From Planctomycetota bacterium (lineage in GTDB: Bacteria; Planctomycetota; GCA-002687715; CAIWVZ01): a stretch of DNA of 64,000 bases. A program made the translations under genes and the position numbers. Below are positions 24,961 through 34,830 of the stretch, piece after piece. The stretch's first letter is position 1, and every line of letters starts with the position of its first letter. The DNA is taken from NCBI GenBank assembly GCA_044222185.1, contig JBGANV010000002.1, positions 64,001-128,000 of the forward strand, read 5' to 3'. Below the pieces are notes generated by a model. That model did not search any database and had not been told where the DNA came from. It saw only the letters and a program-made list of their open reading frames with translations.

Positions 24961-26516
24961 GCCGGTCGCTGAGCGCATGGCCATTCCTCGTCTTCATCCT
25001 CGTCGCGGCCGCCGTCGCGTTCGCGCTGCATCGCGAGCACCGGCTCCTCGCCTCACCCCACGAATACCGTGCGATCGAAACGGCTCGCGAGATGCGTGCG
25101 AGCCACGAGTGGATCGTGCCCCAACTGCGCGGCCTGCCGCGACTCGAGAAACCGCCCCTGGCGTACTGGGCATCGATGATCGCCTTCGGTTCGCACGACG
25201 AGCCGAGCGTCGGCGCCGCGCGCGTCGCCGCGGCGATCGCCGGACTCGTCACCCTGCTCGCGATCTGGTTCCTCGCACGCGACCTCGCGGACCGCGCCGT
25301 CGCGAACGTCGCCGCGGCGGTCGCCGGTGCCGGACTCGTCGCCATCATCGAGTTCCGCAAGGTGACGTCGGATCCGTTTCTCACGGCGGGATGCGCCGTC
25401 GCGATCGCAGCATGGGCCGCGGCCTTGCGACGCGACCGGCTCATCGGGCAGGCCCTGTGGCTCGTCGGCTTCGGAGGTTTGGGCCTGGCGCTGCTGGCCA
25501 AGGGTCCCATCGCCCTCGTCTTCGCAGGGATCGGCCTGGGATTCGTCCGGCCGTCGGCACCGGTACGCAAACCGGGCCTGGCGACGCTGCTGATCGGTCT
25601 CGTGATCGCCTTCGGTCCCATCGCGTGGTGGGCTCACGCGGTGTTCGATCGCCTCCCCGACGCCCTCTCGGTGTGGAAGCGAGAGATCGGCTCACGCCTC
25701 GAGCACGACGCCGAAGACGGACGGTCCGTGTGGACGTACGCGGGCACGCTCCTCAAGTTCCTCGCGCCGTGGACCCTCGCGTTCATCGCATCGCTCGTCA
25801 CACCGGGGGATCAGCGGACCCGACGCGCGCGCTGGTGGTTCCTCACGGGGCTCGCGTTCCTGCTCTGCCTCTCGAGCCGCAAGGACGCCTACGCGCTTCC
25901 GCTCCTGCCCCCGGCAGCGATCGTCACGGCCGGCTTCCTCGTGGATTGTGCCCGGGGAACGACGAAGTTCGGCCGGATCGTCCTGGTCGTTCAGTGCGCG
26001 CTCATCGCGCTCGGCGTTCCCGCGCTGATCGCGCTCAGCATCACTCGCGAGATGGACCTGTCAGGCGCGGCGGCGGTCCTCGGCGCGGCATCCGCCATCG
26101 GCACCGTGATGATCTGGTTGCAACGAGGTCGGCCCACGCGCTTGCTGACGTCGACCCTCGCCACGGCCCTACTCGCCATGTGCCTCTACCAGGGCGTCCT
26201 GGAGACGTTCGCGCCGCAGAAGTCGGGGCGATACCACCTCGGCAATTGGATCGCGCGCAACGTTCCCGGTTCCGCGAGGTTCGTCTCCATCGCCGAAGAC
26301 GACGCCGTGATCATGTTCTACGGGCGGCGGGTGCCCGAGCTGTTCCCCGATGCCCCCGCGGCTCTGGCGGCGCGCCGCGGCGAGACGTTCACGCTGGCTC
26401 GAACCGCCGCCGCGGTCGGAGTCGACCTGGGCGTCGAGGTTGCGCGCATCGTCGACCCCGGTGAGACCAATCCGGTCGCGGTCTACCGCTGGACGCCCCG
26501 CGCCGAGTCGCGCTGA
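24957..26516 (+). CDS. ArnT-like GT-C glycosyltransferase (family 39/83)
   Basis: E.R..E.AREM....WIVP..G.PRLEKPPLAYW, LAKGPIA, multiple TMs, Y.LPLLP. Confidence 0.85.
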   Translation: MSRSLSAWPFLVFILVAAAVAFALHREHRLLASPHEYRAIETAREMRASHEWIVPQLRGLPRLEKPPLAYWASMIAFGSHDEPSVGAARVAAAIAGLVTLLAIWFLARDLADRAVANVAAAVAGAGLVAIIEFRKVTSDPFLTAGCAVAIAAWAAALRRDRLIGQALWLVGFGGLGLALLAKGPIALVFAGIGLGFVRPSAPVRKPGLATLLIGLVIAFGPIAWWAHAVFDRLPDALSVWKREIGSRLEHDAEDGRSVWTYAGTLLKFLAPWTLAFIASLVTPGDQRTRRARWWFLTGLAFLLCLSSRKDAYALPLLPPAAIVTAGFLVDCARGTTKFGRIVLVVQCALIALGVPALIALSITREMDLSGAAAVLGAASAIGTVMIWLQRGRPTRLLTSTLATALLAMCLYQGVLETFAPQKSGRYHLGNWIARNVPGSARFVSIAEDDAVIMFYGRRVPELFPDAPAALAARRGETFTLARTAAAVGVDLGVEVARIVDPGETNPVAVYRWTPRAESR

Positions 26517-26672
26517 CACTCGGACGGCGCCGCGCCCCATCACCGTGGCAGCCACCTGACTGCCACGCTGTCCGAGAGGCCCGCGGCCGGGCCTGAACGT
26601 CCTTTCCGCCCCGGAATTCGCAAGTGCTTCATTCACGGGCGCATCCGCCAATCGGCGCCCCATCGGCGCGGT

Positions 26673-26688
26673 CTGGCACGGCAGTTGT
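26673..26688 (+). promoter_or_regulatory. Putative sigma-54 (-24/-12) promoter of hsp20
   Basis: CTGGCACGGCAGTTGT versus consensus TGGCACG-N4-TTGC (one mismatch). Confidence 0.5.
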
Positions 26689-26769
26689 GATGTGGGGCAT
26701 CACGGATGCGTCGTCGCGTTCGACATGCGACTTCCGACGGCGCCAGACCAGAAAAAGGAGATCAGACCC

Positions 26770-27228
26770 ATGCGAAACGGACTTTCCTGCGCCCCAGCCT
26801 CGTCCCGTCAGTTCTCGAGCCTCTTCTCACCGTTCGGCACCTTCGACCACCTGTTCGAGAACGTCCTCGGGAACCAGCGCGCGAGCGGATCGGGGACGAT
26901 GACTCCGCCCATCGATCTGAACGAGACGACCGACGCATACACGGTCGTCATGGACGTGCCCGGTTTCACGATCGATCAGATCAACGTGCAGTTCTCGGAG
27001 AACGTCCTGACGCTCAGCGCCGAGCAGCCCGAGGCCACGAAGGGCGGCGATGACACGCGCTGGCACTTCGTCGAACGCGTTCGAGGCTCGTTCTCGCGCG
27101 GGATCAAGTTCCCCGTGCCCGTCGACGGCACGGCCGTGAAGGCGACGATGAAGAACGGCGTGCTCACGGTCACCGTGCCGAAGGCGGCGGCGGCCCGCAC
27201 GCAGAAGATCAAGATCCTCGAGTCATGA
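26770..27228 (+). CDS. Hsp20/alpha-crystallin small heat-shock protein
   Basis: AAGGAG RBS; PPIDLNET...DVPG...ERVRGSFSR...ATMKNGVLTVTVPK...KIKI. Confidence 0.95.
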   Translation: MRNGLSCAPASSRQFSSLFSPFGTFDHLFENVLGNQRASGSGTMTPPIDLNETTDAYTVVMDVPGFTIDQINVQFSENVLTLSAEQPEATKGGDDTRWHFVERVRGSFSRGIKFPVPVDGTAVKATMKNGVLTVTVPKAAAARTQKIKILES

Positions 27229-27318
27229 TCGAGCGCGGGCGCCGGGCCAGAGGTCGGATCCGATCCGCCCTCGAAGCCCGGCGCCCGTGTCGTTTCCCGA
27301 CCACTCCTCGGGACGCCG

Positions 27319-30300
27319 TCAGGAGTCGAACTCGAGGACCAGCGTCTGCGCCGTGATGACGCCAGCGTTGCTGACGAGCGCGAAGATCGCGTCGAAATCC
27401 AGCCCAGCCGGGAACACGGCGTCGAAGTCGATCCGCGCCGAGCCGCGACCGTCCAGCACTCCCGTGAACGGCGGCGTCGTGCCGAACGCCTGGAAGTTCG
27501 TGAGGGCGTCCGCACCAAGCCCGAGCACCGGGCCGAGACCGCTCTGGTGGCCACCGCTGACGAGGAAGTAGTAGGTGTCACCGGCGCGAACGGTGCCTGC
27601 GTTCATGATGATCGTGAACCCTGGGAACGCCGTCGTGTGGGCACGCACGTCGAACGCGTCGGCATGACCCGAAGCTCCCGTGAACCCGCCGGCCGGATTC
27701 GGCAAGCCCATGGATCGCGTGGCGACCGCCCGCCAATCCGACCCGGCATCCGCGTCCGTCGTCGACACGCGGCCGATGCACCGATCGCCGAGCAGCGTCC
27801 GCGGCGCGCCTCCGACGAAGTCCGACCAGGCTGACGGCACGCGCGGAGTGTTGTGGACGACCGGACCGGCCTCTGCCACGGTGCGCACGAGGTCCACGAG
27901 ACGGCCGTGGCTGTCGTAAAGCCCGAGTTCGAACTCGGACGTCGTGAAAGGCAGGTTTCCGCCACCGACCGCCGCGAGCGAACGGAACTCCACGAACGCC
28001 GGCAGCTCGGTCGGAGCCGGCGCCGCGTCACCGATCACCATGCGCGCGTTCGCGGCGATCGCAGTCGAATCCGGCCAAGGCAGGAGCAACGTGGGCGCCG
28101 CCGTCGGCGAATTCTGCGCACTTGCGAGGAAGTACCAGTTCCACAGATCCAACGATGAACCCGACTGGTTGCGGATCTCGACGAAGTCCGGGTTGTCGTC
28201 CACTTCGGTGATGAGGACGGTCGTCGACGGGACGGGATCGGTCCCGCGCGGCCCCGAGCTTCGGTTCTCGCGTCCCATGCTGGTCTGCGTCTCCGCCGTC
28301 CAGTCGGCCCCGGCGTTGGAATCGAGCTCCCAGATCCGTTCGACGCCCACGGCTCCGACGCTTCGGAGTGCGAGACCTCGGAACAGATCTCCCTTCGACG
28401 GGATCGCGTGGACGCCACCGGCGTCCGCGATCCGGACCGAATCGGTGACGACGCCGTTGGGTCGCACGAGCCTCACGGTGAAATCCTGCGTCGTCGTCCC
28501 GATCGCCGGGAACGCGGCGAGTTGCGTCACGGCGGCGGGCCTGCCTGCGAAATTCCCGCCGATCTCGACGACGATCAGTGAGGCGCCTCCCGAGAGAGTG
28601 CCCGATAGCACCGCCTGCTTGAGCGTGACGGCGCCGTCATCCCATTCGAGTCGCCAGCCGTTCAGGCTGACACTGCTCGAACCGAAGTTCGTGACCTCCA
28701 CTCCATCCGGATTGTCCCAGCTCACCTCCGTGATCAGTACGCGGCCGCGGGCCGGCGGCACCGGCGGATGGAACGCGCGGACCTCGCCGGCAGCGGGGCA
28801 CGTCGCGTCGTTGTTCGGAGCACCGACCAACACGTCCCACCGCCCGTCGCCATCCAGGTCACCGCCAGAAGCGACTGCGAATCCGAAGCGATCGCCGGAC
28901 GCCGCGCCGGCCGTCTCGAAGACCGTCACGAACCCCTCGATGTCGACCACGCGCACGAAGCCCGCGCCCGTGGGTCCCGCCGGCGTCCCGCCCTGCCATG
29001 CGCCGATGATGAATTCATCGGACCCGTCCTGGTCGAGATCGCCCGCCGAGCGCACGCAGCCACCGAAACGGTCGCCGACTGCATTCCCAGGAAGCGTCGT
29101 GACGACGGCATAGGCGAGTACCGACGACCCGAACACACGAACGTATCCCGGGCCGACGCCCGCTCCGAACAGGTCGCCCGGCTCGATCGCACCAGCGACG
29201 ACGAATCCGCCCGACCCGCTCGTCCGGATCATGGCGACGGAGATCCCGAGCTGGTCGTCGGCCCCGCTCCCGCTCCGCGTCGCAAGGAGCGCTCCCGTTC
29301 CACCGGCGCGGATCTCGATGCGTCCCGAGTTGCTCCCGTTCGCATCCGAGAACGGCGCGCCGATCACCACGTCCGGCACCCCGTCCAGGTTCACGTCGAC
29401 CCCGCCTCCCACGGCGACGCCGAACTGCTCGCCTGCGACGGCACCGTTGAACGTCGCGAGGATCGCGCCGTTCGACTCGGAGTAGACACGGACGACGCCG
29501 GCGAGTCCGCTCGCCGTTCCGCCACCGACGATGAGGTCCGGGATGCCGTCGCCGTTGTAATCACCGGCACTGGCGACCGCGCGCCCCTGGCCGTCGCCCG
29601 CGGCGCCCGTGTGGGTGCGGATCAGGCTCCCGTCGTTGCCTCGCAGGACGTACACGCGGCCTTGTCCCCCGGAGTACGCAGGAGCGCCCGCGGCCACGTC
29701 GTCGATTCCATCTCCATCCACGTCACCAATGGCGGCGACCGCGGTCCCGAGCGCCGAATCGGAAGGTCCCGTGAAGTTCCACAACGTGGCGCCCGTGGCA
29801 CCGGAGTAGCAGGTGACGCGGCCGTCGTTCGAGAAGAACCCCGGTGCCCCGATCACCACGTCGTCGTGTCCGTCGCCGTTCACGTCGCGGACCCCCGCGA
29901 CGGCGAACCCCGAGTTCTCCGACGGCGTGTTGCCTCGCCACCGATCGACGGTCGGCGTCAGGTCGATGATGTTGAACATCACCGTGTTCGACGTCCCGCC
30001 GCCGGGGACGGCGTAATTCTCGACCTCGATCGTCACGCAGCCGGCGCCCGCCGCGGCGACCATGTTGTTCGTGACGGCGATCTGCACCTGCGTCGGGCTG
30101 ACGTAGGTCAAGGCCAGCGGCGCGCCGTTCCAGCGCGCTCGAGTCCCCTGGACGCCCTGGTTGTTCGTCGAGCCGTCGTAGAAGCGCGCCCCCGTGATCG
30201 TGATCGTGGGCGGCGTGGTGCCGAGCACCATGAAGTCCGGGGTGATGTTCGTGATCGTTGGTGCGGCAGGAAGCCCGTACACCGCCTGCAGGCCGAGGGC

Positions 30301-30981
30301 GTCCGTCACCGTCATGTTCGACGAGTTCCCCATGAGCGACGCCATGGCCGCATAGGCCGGCTTGGGGTCGATCGTGTTGCCGTTCCCGTTGCTGAAGTTC
30401 GACTGGCCGTAGTGCATGATCGACGCGAAGTCGTATCCGCCATACGTCGTCGCGTTGGCGCGGATCGCGAACGCCCCATCGCAGGGCCCGTTGCAAAGCG
30501 TCTGCGAGATGTTGGCGACGTTCACCGTGATGTAGGTGTTGCGGTCAGGCCGTTGATGCTCGTGCCGGAACCCGAGCGTGTGGAACAGCTCGTGCACGAT
30601 GATGAACCGCGTGAACCAGTGACTGGATCCGATGTCGACGAACTGTTCGCCGCCGGTCATGCCCAGCGCCGAGAAGCTGCACGACGCGGGGCAGGTCAAG
30701 CTCGGGCTCGGGCGCACCGTGATGAAGTTCACCTGCGCCGTCCACGGAACGAAGTTCACTCCGGACACACCCTCGATCTCCGCCATGGCGTCGAGCACGC
30801 CCGCCTGCTGCGCGGCCGAGATTCCCGCCGCGAACCGGTAGGGAACGATTCCGGCGGGCCACGGTGTCCCGTCGAACGTCGACCTCGGAACGAGGTGTTC
30901 GTGGCCGTGCGGTCCGGGTGTCGAGGCGACGACGGACGGGAGGATCAATGAAAGGAACACGATCGAGCGAAGGCTGAGCAT
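27319..30981 (-). CDS. Secreted astacin (M12A) zinc metallopeptidase with IPT, FG-GAP propeller and lamin-tail-like domains
   Basis: Signal peptide; HELFHTLGFRHEHQRPDR; Met-turn SIMHY; DxNGDG..D..GAP repeats; two VLITEV..NPD.VE repeats. Confidence 0.92.
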   Translation of the reverse strand: MLSLRSIVFLSLILPSVVASTPGPHGHEHLVPRSTFDGTPWPAGIVPYRFAAGISAAQQAGVLDAMAEIEGVSGVNFVPWTAQVNFITVRPSPSLTCPASCSFSALGMTGGEQFVDIGSSHWFTRFIIVHELFHTLGFRHEHQRPDRNTYITVNVANISQTLCNGPCDGAFAIRANATTYGGYDFASIMHYGQSNFSNGNGNTIDPKPAYAAMASLMGNSSNMTVTDALGLQAVYGLPAAPTITNITPDFMVLGTTPPTITITGARFYDGSTNNQGVQGTRARWNGAPLALTYVSPTQVQIAVTNNMVAAAGAGCVTIEVENYAVPGGGTSNTVMFNIIDLTPTVDRWRGNTPSENSGFAVAGVRDVNGDGHDDVVIGAPGFFSNDGRVTCYSGATGATLWNFTGPSDSALGTAVAAIGDVDGDGIDDVAAGAPAYSGGQGRVYVLRGNDGSLIRTHTGAAGDGQGRAVASAGDYNGDGIPDLIVGGGTASGLAGVVRVYSESNGAILATFNGAVAGEQFGVAVGGGVDVNLDGVPDVVIGAPFSDANGSNSGRIEIRAGGTGALLATRSGSGADDQLGISVAMIRTSGSGGFVVAGAIEPGDLFGAGVGPGYVRVFGSSVLAYAVVTTLPGNAVGDRFGGCVRSAGDLDQDGSDEFIIGAWQGGTPAGPTGAGFVRVVDIEGFVTVFETAGAASGDRFGFAVASGGDLDGDGRWDVLVGAPNNDATCPAAGEVRAFHPPVPPARGRVLITEVSWDNPDGVEVTNFGSSSVSLNGWRLEWDDGAVTLKQAVLSGTLSGGASLIVVEIGGNFAGRPAAVTQLAAFPAIGTTTQDFTVRLVRPNGVVTDSVRIADAGGVHAIPSKGDLFRGLALRSVGAVGVERIWELDSNAGADWTAETQTSMGRENRSSGPRGTDPVPSTTVLITEVDDNPDFVEIRNQSGSSLDLWNWYFLASAQNSPTAAPTLLLPWPDSTAIAANARMVIGDAAPAPTELPAFVEFRSLAAVGGGNLPFTTSEFELGLYDSHGRLVDLVRTVAEAGPVVHNTPRVPSAWSDFVGGAPRTLLGDRCIGRVSTTDADAGSDWRAVATRSMGLPNPAGGFTGASGHADAFDVRAHTTAFPGFTIIMNAGTVRAGDTYYFLVSGGHQSGLGPVLGLGADALTNFQAFGTTPPFTGVLDGRGSARIDFDAVFPAGLDFDAIFALVSNAGVITAQTLVLEFDS

Positions 30982-31074
30982 GAGAAGGTCTCCTGAAGTC
31001 GGGCGATCGGCGCCCGCGACGGGGGATGCGATGGAGGATCCATGTCCGCCGCGACGCGGACGGGATCACCGATC

Positions 31075-34047
31075 TCAGCTCGTCTCGATTTCGCGCAGGA
31101 TCCGCGCGAGTTCCACGAAAAGCGCATTCCAGTTCGCGCGCTCCTCCGGCCCGAGTGCGGCGGAGTCGCCTGAGCGCAAGAACTGGAGCGCGGGATCCTC
31201 GATCAGCGCACTTGCAAACAGCGCCAGTCGAACGCGACCGGGCTCGTCGACGGCAGCACCTGCCCAGCCCTCGCGGAGGCTCGTGAGGCTCTCGAACGCG
31301 TGGTCGCGCAGTTCGCGCCCGCGCTCCGTTCGACCCCGCGCGACCTCGCTGCGAACCTCGCACAGCGCCGCACGGAATGCCGGGACGTCGGCGGGTGAGG
31401 GCCCGGGCGCAGTGGAACATGCGGACCACGCTCTCGACGCCCGGTCGAACTCGCCCGCCGCTTCCGCGAGCACGGCATCGAGCAGTCGATCGGATTCGTC
31501 GGCGGGGGGCGGCGGTGGCATTCCGGACGTCCGCGCACGCGCACGCTCGACGGCGCGCTCGAGCCTCGGGACGTCCCCTTCGAGTGCGGCCGACTTCCGC
31601 GCCACGTCGAGCGCGGCGCGAGGGTCACCGGTCATCAGCAGGGCGCGACACAGGCCCCGCTGCGCCTCGGGGTTCACCGCATCCAGCGCGATCGCGGATC
31701 GAAACGCCGCCACCGCCTCCACGTCGCGTCGAACGGCGAGGAGGGAGAGCCCGAGGTCGCAACGCGGAACGAAGGCCCTGGGCTCGAGCCGGGCCGCCTC
31801 CTCGAGGCACCGGATCGCGGCTCCGACGTGCCCCTTCCCAGCCCAGAGCTTCCCCAGCTGAGACGGCACGCCCCAGAACAGCGGATCGCGCCGACCGCAC
31901 TCCTCCAGGCGGCGCCGCGCCAAGGCCCAGTCACCCAGCCGGATGGCGGCCCGTCCCGCCACGTACCACGCCCGGGAGCGTGCGGAGTGTGCCTCGAGCA
32001 GGTCGACCGTGCTCGCACGGGCTTCGGCCGGGTGATTCGTTCCGAGGAGCAGGTCGATCTCCGCGACGTGCGCGCGGAAATCCCCCGGTGCGATCCGGCG
32101 GGCCTCGCGGATCCAGGCCTGCGCGCGTGACGGGTCCTTCACGCGATCGAACGCGACGCTCGCGGCGGCAACCCGAGCGGGAACGTTGGTGGGATCGTCG
32201 CGACAAAGCCCATCGTAGATCGTGAGCGCCGCCTCGGGGTCGACACGTCCGAGCGCGCGCGCCGCCCAATAGCGCGTCGCGAACGTTCCGGGTACGTGAT
32301 CGAGCAGGATCTTCGAGACGTCGCGCGCCAACGCCGGCCGATCCGCGCGTTCGACGGCCTCGGCCAGACGGAAGTAGTAGTAGATCGGCCGATCACCGGG
32401 GAACAACACGGCACGCGTGAGGTCGTCGGCGGCACGCGCGGCGTACCCCAGCCGTCCCGTGGCTGCGTGCGACAGCGCGACGGAGCCCTCGACGAACCAG
32501 TCGAGAGCGGTGACGGGCTCGCCACATGCGTCGCCCTGCGGAAGTCCGGCCGCCGACGCCAGATCGTTGCGCAGCCGGCGGATCGCGTGGGGCCGCGACG
32601 AGACGTCCCTCTGCCCGTCGATGCTATCGATCGCGGCCTTCGCACCATCGGTCGCAAGACGGGTGAGCGCGAGCCCCGTCAGTGCCGATGCGGATTCGGG
32701 GTCATCCTCGAGGGCGCGCTCGAAGGCATCGATCGCCGCGGCGTGATCTTCGTTGCCGAGGAGGTTCCACGCGGACTCGAGCCGTGCCTCGCGGGCCTGC
32801 GCGCGGGCCGTCTCGCGGCCGGTTCGGATCTCGGGCAGGCGCGCGAGGAGGAATCCGCCGCCTGCGGCCAGCAGCAGGAGGAACACCAGCGCCATGCTCG
32901 CGATGGGATGGCGAACCGCCAGCCTCAGTGCGCGCCCGAGCGCCGGCACGGGTCGCGCCTCGATCGGTTCGCCGCGCCGGAGCCGACCCAGGTCTTCGGC
33001 GAATGCGTGCGCAGTCGGGTAGCGGGCCTCGGGCTTCTTCGCGAGCGCCCGCCCGAGGATCGTCCGCACGTCCATCGGCAGCGTCCGATTCAATCGTCCC
33101 GGATCCACGGGATCGTCCTGGAGGATCGCCCGGTAGAGTTCCTCTCGCGTCGCGCCTTCGAAGGGTCGGCGCAGCGTCAGACACTCGTAGAGGACGACGC
33201 CGAGCGCGTGGCCGTCGGCGCGGGCGTCGACCGCTCGACCGCTCCGCTGAATCTGCTCCGGGGCCGCATACGCGGGCGTGCCGAGGACGCCGTCCGTCCG
33301 CGTGATGCCGGTCTCGGACCCTTCGAGATCGCGGGCGAGCCCGAAGTCCACGAGCACGGGCTCTCCGGCGGCCGTCACGATCACGTTGGCCGGCTTGATG
33401 TCGCGATGAATGACGCCCGCATCGTGAGCCGCCGCGGCTGCGCGCGCGATCTTCTCCACGAATGCGACGATGGGGTCGTGGCGCCCGGCGCAGAGGTCCG
33501 CGACGATCGGCGGATCCGTGGGCGCGACCGTTCCGCCGCTCGACCGGATGCTGCGCGCGCGATCGAGCAACGTCGCCAGGTCGAGCCCTTCGAGGTGACG
33601 CATGGCGATGTAGAGGACTCCGCGCTCTTCGCCCGCGTCGAACACCGTGCAGATACCTGGGTGGTCGAGGCGCGCGGCCACCTCCGCCTCCCGTTGAAAC
33701 CGCTCGCTGCCGTCGCGCGAGAGTCGCCCGATCTGCGTGAGGATCTTGAGCGCGACGCGACGCCGCAAACGCGTGTCCTCGGCCAGGTAGACGACACCCT
33801 GCCCGCCCCTGCCGATCTCGCCGATCAGCGCGTACGGCCCGATGCGCCCGTCGCGGACTCCCGGCGGGGAGAGCGACTCGGGGGTCGACGTTTCGGCCTC
33901 CCCGTGGATTTGCGCCCATTCCCGAGCGATGACTTCGGCGTGTTCGGGAAACGACGCCTGATAGTCCTCCAGCGGTCGCGGCGTACCGCGGGCGCGATCT
34001 TCCGTCATCCGGCGGAGAAACTCGTTGACGGCGGTGTCCGAGTCCAT
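31075..34047 (-). CDS. Ser/Thr protein kinase with TM and TPR repeats
   Basis: IGRGGQGVVY, VALK, HRDIKPAN, DFGLA, GTPAYAAPEQ, followed by a TM segment and TPRs. Confidence 0.93.
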   Translation of the reverse strand: MDSDTAVNEFLRRMTEDRARGTPRPLEDYQASFPEHAEVIAREWAQIHGEAETSTPESLSPPGVRDGRIGPYALIGEIGRGGQGVVYLAEDTRLRRRVALKILTQIGRLSRDGSERFQREAEVAARLDHPGICTVFDAGEERGVLYIAMRHLEGLDLATLLDRARSIRSSGGTVAPTDPPIVADLCAGRHDPIVAFVEKIARAAAAAHDAGVIHRDIKPANVIVTAAGEPVLVDFGLARDLEGSETGITRTDGVLGTPAYAAPEQIQRSGRAVDARADGHALGVVLYECLTLRRPFEGATREELYRAILQDDPVDPGRLNRTLPMDVRTILGRALAKKPEARYPTAHAFAEDLGRLRRGEPIEARPVPALGRALRLAVRHPIASMALVFLLLLAAGGGFLLARLPEIRTGRETARAQAREARLESAWNLLGNEDHAAAIDAFERALEDDPESASALTGLALTRLATDGAKAAIDSIDGQRDVSSRPHAIRRLRNDLASAAGLPQGDACGEPVTALDWFVEGSVALSHAATGRLGYAARAADDLTRAVLFPGDRPIYYYFRLAEAVERADRPALARDVSKILLDHVPGTFATRYWAARALGRVDPEAALTIYDGLCRDDPTNVPARVAAASVAFDRVKDPSRAQAWIREARRIAPGDFRAHVAEIDLLLGTNHPAEARASTVDLLEAHSARSRAWYVAGRAAIRLGDWALARRRLEECGRRDPLFWGVPSQLGKLWAGKGHVGAAIRCLEEAARLEPRAFVPRCDLGLSLLAVRRDVEAVAAFRSAIALDAVNPEAQRGLCRALLMTGDPRAALDVARKSAALEGDVPRLERAVERARARTSGMPPPPPADESDRLLDAVLAEAAGEFDRASRAWSACSTAPGPSPADVPAFRAALCEVRSEVARGRTERGRELRDHAFESLTSLREGWAGAAVDEPGRVRLALFASALIEDPALQFLRSGDSAALGPEERANWNALFVELARILREIETS

Positions 34048-34134
34048 CTCAGTCGTTCCATGTCCTGGAATCGTGATTCGGGACGGGAATCTCGAAACTC
34101 GCACCGCCGGACGGGAATGCCGCGCCGGACGCGC

Positions 34135-34758
34135 TCACTCGTCCAGCTCGGAGAAGATCGACTCGGGAAGACGGCGCCGCAGGTTTTCCAGCGCGCGCCC
34201 GTAGCGATGCGAGATCGTGTTGGCCTTCTCGCCGACGAGCTCGCCGATCTCCTTGTTCGACAAACCTTCGATCCCGCGCATCACGAGGATCTGCCGGTCC
34301 GCTTCGTCCAGTTCGGCGACGGCCCGGGCGATCGCAGCCCCGGTTTCATGATGAACGGCTTCGTTCACGGCGCCGACGATCTGGGCAGCGACCTCGTCCA
34401 AGGGGTCGGTGCCGGACCGAGGCCGCCCGCCCATGCGCGCCTCGCCGCGGAGGTGAAGGCGCAACGCATTGTTCGCGACGAACCGCACGGTCTGCGCCAG
34501 GAACGCGAGCACGATCGGCGTGGAACGGCTCGCCCGCGTGTCGAACTCAGGGAGTTTCCGGAGCGCGATCAGCCACGCCTCGGCGACGATGTCGTCCGGA
34601 TCGATGCGTTTCGAAAGCGTGCTGCCGAGTCGGAACGCGGCCTGCACCCGGAGCAGCGGGCTGAAACGGCGCACGATCCAGCCCAGGCTCTCCGAATCGC
34701 CGTCGAGCGCCCTTCGCACGTGAAGGGTCGTGAGGTCGGATCGGGCCGGCGGGTCCAT
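34135..34758 (-). CDS. ECF-type RNA polymerase sigma factor (kinase-associated)
   Basis: DPDDIVAEAW region 2; LDEADRQILVMRGIEGLSNKEIGELVG...YGRALENLR region 4; upstream of the kinase gene. Confidence 0.9.
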   Translation of the reverse strand: MDPPARSDLTTLHVRRALDGDSESLGWIVRRFSPLLRVQAAFRLGSTLSKRIDPDDIVAEAWLIALRKLPEFDTRASRSTPIVLAFLAQTVRFVANNALRLHLRGEARMGGRPRSGTDPLDEVAAQIVGAVNEAVHHETGAAIARAVAELDEADRQILVMRGIEGLSNKEIGELVGEKANTISHRYGRALENLRRRLPESIFSELDE

Positions 34759-34830
34759 GCGCGTGCATGCTGCGCACGCGGCACGCGCGCGGCAACACGC
34801 ACGTTTCGGCCACGGGTATGATCTCGGCCC

